Below, piece by piece: positions 13,884 through 23,500 of a stretch of 64,000 nt of DNA. Every line of letters starts with the position of its first letter. Position 1 is the stretch's first letter. Source of the stretch: Bigelowiella natans CCMP2755. Its lineage: Eukaryota > Protista > Cercozoa. Under the pieces are notes generated by a model. The model did no database searches. It was not told the origin of the DNA and saw only the letters and a program-made list of their open reading frames with translations. Both the position numbers and the translations under genes were made by a program. The DNA lies in contig ADNK01003270.1 in the NCBI GenBank assembly GCA_000320545.1, positions 1 through 64,000 of the forward strand, in the 5' to 3' direction.

Positions 13884-14266
13884 GGTGATGATGATTAGCG
13901 CCATCACCACGGCGATAAAAATAGAAGCTGAACACCTATTCTATCAACATAGCTGAAATTTAGTTTTATTTCAGCATATGACCTTGAATTTACAGGCACT
14001 GTTGTGTTAATACTCGCAGGTTGTGATATATTCTGAAACATCGCCCCCTCACCAGCAGGCCCGGTCGCTGCTTTTAACTTGACTTTCTCATTCAAATCAG
14101 TAGCCAGATAGTCGGTTTCATCTCTTCTGCCAGCTTCAAAGGATACTGGAGAAGGGGATAATAGAAGACGTGGCCGGGAGTGTTGACCGTAAGGGTATCT
14201 TCTCTTGCCACGCGCTGCTGTTTTGTTACTGGATGCGGCAAGGAATAGTAGCATCTGCACCGCCAT
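9177..14266 (-). CDS. Tandem double GNAT-family acetyltransferase (multi-exon; start approximate)
   Basis: Two copies of the same motif series. Copy 1: LRPLELRDVGACFHLGDRIF..NLYRTWDEFE / FALGSVLIKK..IGYLDW / VVVEPRFQNKGIGTALIK / LLIADTPAENKP. Copy 2: VRMLQVDDLYTVH / LGEKLFEKFPNLIRNWD / IAGFALGTYIEK..GHLTWLGVHSDYARRGIGQRLV / LLVDTEADNAPAISLFNKLNF. Each has the acetyl-CoA motif (R/Q)xxGxG. Confidence 0.85.
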
Positions 14267-15063
14267 AGCTGTACACGTTCAATAATTATGTGGCATGAAA
14301 AGTGGACATATAACATCCGTCTGTCCTATAAGTACTCGGATAAATACCTGCAAGGAGTAAGCGGCGGTTGGAGCGGGCCCTGGGGCGGACGAGCGCCCTC
14401 ATGGCCTTTCGGGTCGGCGGGTGAGGAGTAAAATACGGAAGGCCAATTTATCTAGCTAAACATGTGGGATTTCTCTCGTACGACAATAAATTCTCAGCTC
14501 GAAACTTTAAAATTAAAAAATGTTGATCCTTTCACCGTTGCTGTTGCGTTTGTCGTCGTTGTTGCCGATGTGTTGTCGGGTAGCGTTGTCAGGAGACAAC
14601 GGCAGTACGCGGTATGGGCTGGAAACACTGGCGGTTTGGAAAGGAAATGTGCCAAATAAGCGCTCTTATCGTCGGAGAAAGCCCACAAGAGAACTTCCTT
14701 TGGGGTGGGAGACATGAGAGCATTTTGGTAGGTGCGACGTGCTCATCCCTTTGCCGATTGTGAGAAGACGGAGGAAAGATCGCCGGGCCGTCTTTTTCGG
14801 AAGCGAAGGAGTACGAAGATATTTCTTATGGCTGGTGATAATAAAGTATGGTACATGGAATCGATTCTGTGGTGTTTTCCGATGTCTCATCAGTGTTTGG
14901 GTTGTCGCGGGACATTTATCGAGCTCAATTTGGAGCCACATAAAACGAGAGCGCAAGGCGCTTGTCAAGCGGTCGGTTGGATGTACGGAGGGGGGGGGGA
15001 GGGGGGGGGGTAGAGAGACGTGGTTAAGTTAGTTCGTCGTTTTGAAAAGATGTGATTTCAGAC

Positions 15064-16108
15064 ATGCTATCGACAATGTCCAAGTTTCGCGTTTTCCGAA
15101 GGATGGTGGGGAGCCACACGCGCTCGCACCGCTGCGCCATGATGAGCACAACTAAGGCGTCTGCAGAGCCCAAGGAAAAAGAAGGAGAATCAAAGGAAAG
15201 AGTGGATTTCAAGGCAAACGTAGTCGATAATAAGGGAGAAAGGGATACCCGGGCTGCAGCTGAGCCAAACGTAGAAAGCAACGTGGATAGCAGCAGATTA
15301 CGGAAGAAGGCTGCACACAAAGAAGCAAAGCCTGTGGGGGTGTACACAAGGAATTTATCGACGAAACCCCAAATTGAATATCCAGTACTTTGGGGAACGA
15401 ACATGAAGGCACTTGTTAAGGAAAAGGCTGCAGAAGGGCTCTGGATGACGGATGTACCAAAGCCGGCAATAGGCCCAAATGGTGAACAGACGACGACGGA
15501 AACAAATAATCGAAAAGGAGCACCACATAGAGACAGCTCCATTGATGAAGGAGAGATTAGCATCAAATAAATCATTACGCTTGTTGTTTACTCTTTCTTT
15601 CCGTTTGTTATAATTCATTCATTTTGATCACCACCCATTTACATCTTTATCCGTTTTAGTATCACCCACATCATCATCATCATTATCATATAACTATGTT
15701 TCGCCCACACAACTATATAGACGTCCTGATCAAGGTCACAAAAACGGCTATTTGTGGCACGGATGTACACATTTACAATTGGGATGCTTGGGCCGCTCGC
15801 AATGTCCCAACCCCCATGACTGTTGGCCATGAATACGTTGGCATCGGTGAGAGGGGAGGGGGGTAGCTTTGTAGGAGGTTTATCCAACTTGAATTGTTAT
15901 TAGTCAAATCCAAGCTGCGAGTGAAACATTTGAGATTTTGGTATACTTGTACCCATGAGTTCGTGATAGAAGGGGGGGAACCATCTGTGTAGAATTTGTC
16001 GCTTCTTCTTCTGTTTGCCAGCTGATGCATGCCTAGGACTTGGGGTGTAGAATTTTTGCTTTGATGGTTTGTGCCGACTAAGCTGACGTACGTATATATC
16101 TCTCTCTT

Positions 16109-16175
<67 letters not shown>

Positions 16176-16507
16176 GTCTCTTTGTGTTTGTGTGTGTGCG
16201 TGTGGTATTTCCTGCAATTCCCTTGTGGCGACGCCGAATCTATGGATGGATGGTGGTGGATAGTGGACGAAGTTGGTAATAATTCATATTATGAGAGTGG
16301 AGGAAAGTTAGTATGTAATACCCAAGTATTACCATCACCAACAGTATTCATAACAGTGTCCATTCTTGTTCCCTTTTCCAATCGCTTTATTGGAATCTTT
16401 TCAGGTAAAGAAGTGAGAGGCATCGAGCCTGGTATGCGAGTAACTGGGGAAGGCCACATAACGTACGTGTGTGTGCGTGTGTGTATGCGTGTGTGCGTGC
16501 GTGTGTG

Positions 16508-16539
<32 letters not shown>

Positions 16540-16906
16540 CGTGTGTGCTTGTGGCTAAAAAATATTATCGCACAGCCGCTATCAGACAACACTCTTCAAA
16601 CTTTTCCACTTCGCGCTATCGTCATCTGTGAAGAGTAGTATATGCGGATGCTAAAAATTGTCTGTGGTTCATTGCTGCTGTTAGATGCGGACATTGCAGA
16701 AATTGCAAGGGAGGACGTGAGCATTTGTGCCCTTACACTGTCGGCGTAGGCGTCAACCGCCCAGGTAGTAGTAAGTAGCGATGATGATGATGGTGAGGGC
16801 TGTGATTTCGTTCGAATGCTGATCATATGGAGGAGAAGGAGGAGGAGAAGGAGGAGGAGGAGAGATAGAGGAAGACGTTGAGTTGAAATCATCGATCATC
16901 ATCATT

Positions 16907-16941
<35 letters not shown>

Positions 16942-17593
16942 ATATCCTTACTCAGGAGCCTTTGCTGAATACATCTCCCTCCCTGCACGAAACGTTTTCC
17001 CACTCAATGACCCTAAGGTTGGTTGGTGGGTGGGTGGGTTGTGAGTTTGCCGGTGCCTAACTGAGCGGCAGGCCCTCTACCTCTCCCTTCACTGCTTAGA
17101 AACAGCATTATGGAATGTCTTTCGAATGCCACGTACATGCCATTTCTTTCTGAGAGCTTACTCCTATAGCTACTGTAATGATTATGTAGGTCACTGATGA
17201 TACTGCTTCTTTCATGGATGCTCTTGGTATTAGCTGTCGAGAGGAGACTCCCTTATATCCATGTTATTCGTGAAATGACTTAAGCATCCCATCATCATCA
17301 TCATCGTCATCACTATCATCATTACCATCATCATCATCAGCAGCAGCATCATAATCATCACTCTAAAAGTTATCTTAGCTCTCTGCCACCGACACATTGT
17401 TTCCGTCTTCGTGTGATAGCGTGTTTATCGTCTGCTTTGCGCCGTAAGGTAACGCTGTACACACGGCACTTTCCTTCGATTTGATTGGAGAGGACGTTCT
17501 CATCACCGGTGCCGGGCCGATTGGCAGGTGCGATGAATCATATACTACTCTGTCATTTCAGCTCTCCACTACTGCACAACAACAAAATGACAT

Positions 17594-17660
<67 letters not shown>

Positions 17661-19421
17661 TGCTGTGTGGAAAGTATTTTCCCCTGTCCGAACGCATAAA
17701 TAATCGTACGATCAACAGTATGGCAGCGGCAGTGTGCAAGAAGGTTGGTGCTCGCCACGTCGTCATTACTGACGTGAACGACTATCGTTTGGACCTGGCA
17801 AAGGTTCTTAGCACTTGTTGTTGTTGTTGATGCTCCGCAGACAAACAAACAAAAACTCGCCGCCTATTAGAATCATGGTGAATATAGTTAAAGATGATAC
17901 GATGGATTGTACGCATTGCGAAGCCGCTAATTCTGCCAGCAGCGTCAGTAGTACTAGCACAGCACTCTGATCGAGCTGTAGACAGATACATTAAGGCAGT
18001 GTGGTGGTGATATTCTCACCAGCTGATGAAAGATGTGTGGCCATTCGTTGCCCGTGCTCTCCATACACTAATTTGATTCGGATCTGTTTGATCAGGAATG
18101 CGGGGCTACGCGCGCAATAAATGTTGGAGGTGTGTCGTGTGATTACAGGCTCTACTTGTAGCTCTGTTGTTGTTTCCGCGAAATAGAAGATATTGTCATT
18201 GGATGGCACGATGATGATATGATTTTAGTGGTGATAATGCTCATGGTAATAGTAATAACCCCCTCCTCCTCCTCCTCCTCCTCCTCCTCCTCCTCCTCCT
18301 CCTGCTACCAATCAAAAAATGAATAATACGTTAAGGAACGATCGCTTAATATACAGGTGCAGACCCAATAGGCACTATCAAGGCGACGATGGACGAGTTG
18401 GGAATGACAGAGGGGTGGGATGTTGGTCTCGAAATGAGCGGTCACGAGTCGGCATTTCACGGTGCTACTATTTCTGCGACGTGATCAAAAAACTACTACT
18501 ACTACCAGCCACTACCATCACCACCACCAGATGTGAATCATTGATGACAATTGCTCATCCTGCCTACGATGATGATGATCATGATAATGACCGTTGCCTC
18601 CTCCTGTTAATGAGTTTCTTCTTTACCTATAAATTCTAGGAATGTTCGAAACGATGAACACAGGTAGGTAGCGTCATCGTCATTCTCGATTTTGTCTACT
18701 TCTTAAATACCACCTTCGCTCGCTTTACGCGTGCGCGCTTGCATGCATACATGTGCGGGAAGCTTATCATGTGTGTATTGGCCTATCTCGATTTCTTCCC
18801 GGAAGGACTCGTAGATGGCGGTGATCTGTCCTTCGTAGTTCTATTGTTTATTTGTTGTCTATTGATGATGAAAGGCGGTCGGATCGCCATGCTGGGAATT
18901 CCCTCGGAGAGCTTCCCTGTGAATTGGGATAGGGTTGTACTGAAGGTAGCGACGGCTCCGACTCCTTTTCCCCTGATTCTCATCTCGCGCGTGTCTTAAA
19001 TGCCGTGCTTATAGATCCCCTTCCCCCATCCCCCCCCCTTCTAATAATCTACTGCGGTCCTCCTAATTTGTACCAGGGCCTTGTCCTCAAGGGTATTTAT
19101 GGTCGGGAGATGTTTGAGACGTGGTACAAGATGCACAACCTTCTCACAAGTGGGCTAGCCAAGGATATTGAACCAATTATCACCCATAGGTATATTTGTA
19201 CGTGCATATTCCCTATCTATAATGAGCCGATCGATGCACGATAGACGACACTGGACGAATGAATATGTTTTCGTTTTCCCACGGTGCTTGTTGAAATAAA
19301 ATGCTGATACTACTTTATGATAATCTTTCCTTGAAACAGATTCGAGGCCGATGATTTTCAGAATGGATTCGATGCAATGCGCAGCGGCAAATCTGGGAAG
19401 GTGGTCCTCTCGTGGACATAA
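15064..19421 (+). CDS. tdh: L-threonine 3-dehydrogenase, Zn-dependent MDR (bacterial Tdh type), about 15 exons, N-terminal organellar-type extension
   Basis: Spliced product [111 protein letters not shown], colinear with E. coli-type Tdh. Confidence 0.96.
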
Positions 19422-20190
19422 TTCGATGCTGGGCTTGCAACGCGATGCGTACGTAGCAACGAAGATTCACTCATTGCAATGGTCAAATCTAGTCGGGTGG
19501 TGCATGGTGACTCATGCTGCCTTTGCATGGATAAGGTCTAGTGTGCACATGCCTATGTTGACTATTCTAGCATTGCATGCCATTTTGCAAAGCAACCATG
19601 AAGATGTGGCACACTGACATTCCGCTCTAGCACTTGCTAGCTTGCCGGCACTAATCAATGATGTCATGGAATCAATATATCAAAGTTGCGAAAGCAAATT
19701 CACATGCAAACGACGTCAACAGCACGCTAGCACGGCCTTCATGCATTGCATCGCATTCCCTCTAGCTAGCTAGCCCTGATCATCCTGCCAGCTCTGGAGC
19801 TCTGGAGATGGCCAGTCCTGGAGTCTGCTGAGTGCACGTGCTGAACATTGCCAGATCAGATCTTCACTACTTCAGGCTGGCAGGAACGATCGGGAGTTCT
19901 GGTCAGTGGTGGCAGTGATGCATGCCGTCATTGTGGTGCTGCTGCTCTGCAGTGCTGTCGTCACTCTGGCACTGCTAGACTGACATGGAACACGCTAGCA
20001 CGCACCGCAGACAGTCACACTGGAGCATCCATCGATGCCATCGCTCTCGTTTAGGAAAAAAAAACACTGCTCCAGTGCTCACAACTGAGTCGGAGCACAC
20101 TTCAATGGAAAAATCGATGACTAACGGTGTGGAAAGCACCCCTGATGGCTGGCGGTGCCCTTTTTTGCACAGCTTCCAGGAGGCTAGCCA

Positions 20191-20516
20191 TGTAGCGCGT
20201 ACCACTACGCGGGCACAAGTCACGTGCGACAACAAAGGGGTTGTCGCGGATATAGAATATAGATAACGTAGATATTAATACAGCATAGGCACGTGGGTTC
20301 CGGCGGGACTCATGGCAGCACACCGGAAGTGTGCTGCCCCACGTGCGGCGGCATTCGCGAAAGCTTCGCGAATGATTACGCAGTGCACGATTTAATAAAA
20401 ATATAATCTTTAATAAAAATAAACACAACTCTTCAAAAGGAAGCAAACGTGCCTTTCCCCCCCCCTGCCTACTTGTGCACGTAGCGCCTCGGCCTGTGAA
20501 CACCTTACGCGCAACA
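20191..20516 (+). repeat. 5' LTR
   Basis: Direct repeat of 25581-25906. Terminal inverted repeat TGTAGCGCGTA/TACGCGCAACA and AATAAA signals. Confidence 0.97.
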
Positions 20517-20521
20517 ACCTT

Positions 20522-20540
20522 TGGCTTCCACACACGGGAA
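20522..20540 (+). promoter_or_regulatory. Putative primer-binding site (tRNA identity uncertain, Glu/Asp-like 3' end)
   Basis: TGGCTTCCACACACGGGAA lies 5 nt after the 5' LTR. Its complement ends ...TTCCCGTGTGTGGAAGCCA, a CCA-terminated tRNA-like end. Confidence 0.55.
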
Positions 20541-20555
20541 ACGATTTGACTAACA

Positions 20556-23500
20556 ATGTCACAGCAGCTAGAAGAACAGCAGGACTTTGGCTCGCAGGCC
20601 GTGCAAGGGCACGAGCAGAAACAGGAAAGGAAGGGCGATACGGACGCTAAGGAAGGAGGAGGAACACCTCCACAGGCACCGCCGGGACCAGCACCCGGGA
20701 TTAAGAAAGCAGATGCAGCAGCAGAGGCACTGGAGAACTTCTACGAGGCGGACGACGAGGACGTGGCCGCCGAAAGCAAGAAGGTCGTAATGGCATTACG
20801 AGCCTTGCGACCCAGGGCGAGCAACTACGCCAAACTGAAAGTATCGATAGAATACAAGTATCAGACACATGATGTTTGGGCAGCTATCATGCAGGACATC
20901 ATGGATTACGAAGCAGACTTACCTCCAGAGTGGGCAGCTTTGTTTAGGAACGACGGGGGTCTGGGCGCCTCGCGGGGGACGACCCAGAGCACCGTCAAGC
21001 AGCAGCAGCCGGTACAGCGGAACACCCAGTTCATGTCTGTTAAAACAGCACCGGTTATGATAACGAAATACAACGGGAAAAGAGGTGAGGCAAGGAGGTG
21101 GTGGAAGAACGCTAGGAGTATACTCTGCGACTTTACCCCTAACCCCACCGAAAACGACAAGCTCAAATGGCTAGCTATAATAAAGCAAGCCATGGACCTT
21201 TACGAGACAGGCAGGACCCGGATCAGGCAGCTAGAGAAAATACACACTACAGTTAGTGGGCTACGAGACGTTGAGGCGATAATGAAGGCTTTTGTAAATG
21301 AACAGGATGCTAACTCCCTACCCCAGGCTATTAGAAAATACAGAGCAATGATGCAGCATGAGAGAGAACCTGTTAGAGACTTTGCCACGCGCTTCCAGGA
21401 TATGATCGACGAACTACATGATTTTAATTACAACACAGGTGATGATCAGGCAAGGTTTGAAGAGTTCAAGTTAAAGATAAAGGAATCCACTTACGTTACG
21501 GAGAAAGGCTACACCACGATGGAGGCAGCAGTGCAGGCTATATCCCTACGCGAGCAGGAGCAGGACCGCAAGTTTACCAGCCCTAAGGTACCTGGCATAG
21601 GAAACATTAACGCTATTAAGCCGCAGCGAGACTGGTACAAGGACAGGGAAGGTAACCGACGTTGCGGATACTGCTCACGTAAAGGGAAACACACCGCTAA
21701 AGACTGCAGAGACAGGAAAGAAGGACGACCCAGGATGACGATCAGGCAGCTCAACGAACACTACGAGAAGTTAAAGAGAAAGAAAGGCAGAGGACAAGGA
21801 TATAACAACAGCAAATGGCAAGGCAGCAACAACGGGAAGAACAATAAATATAAGAACAAAAAGCAGAACAGTATCAATGCTATACAGCAGCAGATAAACG
21901 GAATATTAGATCACCTTAAGCAGGCGCCGACGAAGACAGCAGTACCAGCAACGCAGGACCAAGACAAGCCCATGACCCTAGACGACATAAAGAACTTAGG
22001 AGTATGCAACATTAATGACGAAGACGCTAACAGGACTATCAAAGTTGCTATGACCAAGGTTAAAGTTAAAGACAGCTACGGAGACTACAAGAAACTACCT
22101 GCCCTTTGGGATAGTGGCAGCATGCCGAAGTCCTTCATAAGCCTAAGCACAGTAAGAAGGTTAGGACTATTGGATCAAGTGACTAAGAAAGAACGTAAAT
22201 ATGCTCAAGCAGACGGAAGCTCTTCCATGAAGACCGTCGGTGAGCTAATGCTAAAGCTACAGATACCTGGCAGCGACGCGGAGACCCAAATCAAGACCCG
22301 AGTAGCCATGACTTTATCCATGGAACTACTCCTCGGACAGGATGCCCTAGAAAAATTAGGGGGGATCATATCATTCTACAATCACAAGATATACTTTGCT
22401 AAGTTGCCAAAGAAGTCAGGCAGGACCATCAGCCAGAACATGATACGGCTTGACGAGTGGACCTCTGAGTCAAGCGTTAATGCGTTAGAGTTTATGGACC
22501 TAGCGGACAACAAGCTACCTACACCTACCGAGCTACGGAAGAAGAACCCCGGCAAGACCATCCGACAGATAACGGAGCTACTGGACAAGACCCCCCCAGC
22601 TGATGATTGGGATATCGACAAAGGCAAAAAGTACATTAATAAAATATTAAACGAGAAGTACTCTGACATCACCAAGCCGACGACGAAGCCCTCCAGCAAG
22701 CTTACCCCAGTAAAGATCGAGCTAAAGAAGGGATACGAAGAGTGCATCATCAATGACCCAGAACATAGGCGACCGGAAGCGGACTGGGAAAAGATAGAGT
22801 GGCAGATCAATGAATGGGCAAAGGAAGGGAAGATAGAGCCAAGCAACTCACCATGGAACGTGAGACATGTGCTAGCTAAGAAACCTACTTACCCTTTCTT
22901 CCGCCTGGCGCACAACTTCATCCGCCACAACCGAGTAATAAAGAGGATCCAGACACCTACACCAAGGATAGATGACGTTATTGAACACGTCATAGGATAC
23001 AAATACTACTCTTCCCTAGATAAAAATGAATCATACATGCAGACACCCATCCACAAAACCTCCCGCCCCATTACCGCGTTCTCCAGCAGGCACAGGAAGT
23101 GGCACTTCGTCGTATTCCCTTACGGCCTAAGCATATCAGGGGATGCGTTCAGTAGTCAGAACTACAGGGCATACACACATGATGGGATGGCGTCTGTGTT
23201 GTGGGTGTTTGTGTTTGTGTATGTGGATGATGACATAATATGTACCAACACAGTCGTCGCTCAGATCTTCCTCCTGGAAAATATATTTATTAGGTTTGCA
23301 CACTTCGGTTTTACTATTAGACTGCAGAAGTGTACATTCCTAGCTACAAGAATCAAGTGGTGTGGATATTACCTGGAGCAAGGCCGCATCACCCCAAACC
23401 CCGAGAAAGTAGCAGCACTACAGCAAGCCCCTAAACCTAAGAATGCAAAGGAGTTAAAGTCATTCTTGCAGACTGCAGCTTGGATACTACGTAGGTTCTC

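Noticed and set aside
10170-13935. Many ORFs with poly-H/S/D/L/T/V tracts
   Set aside because: They are translations of intronic trinucleotide microsatellites, or antisense frames, within the GNAT gene. The same applies throughout the window.
20289-20346. Hammerhead-like look on the minus strand of the LTR (CTGCCATGAGTCCC..GGAAC)
   Set aside because: Lacks the intact CUGANGA and GAAA core; no known ribozyme can be called.
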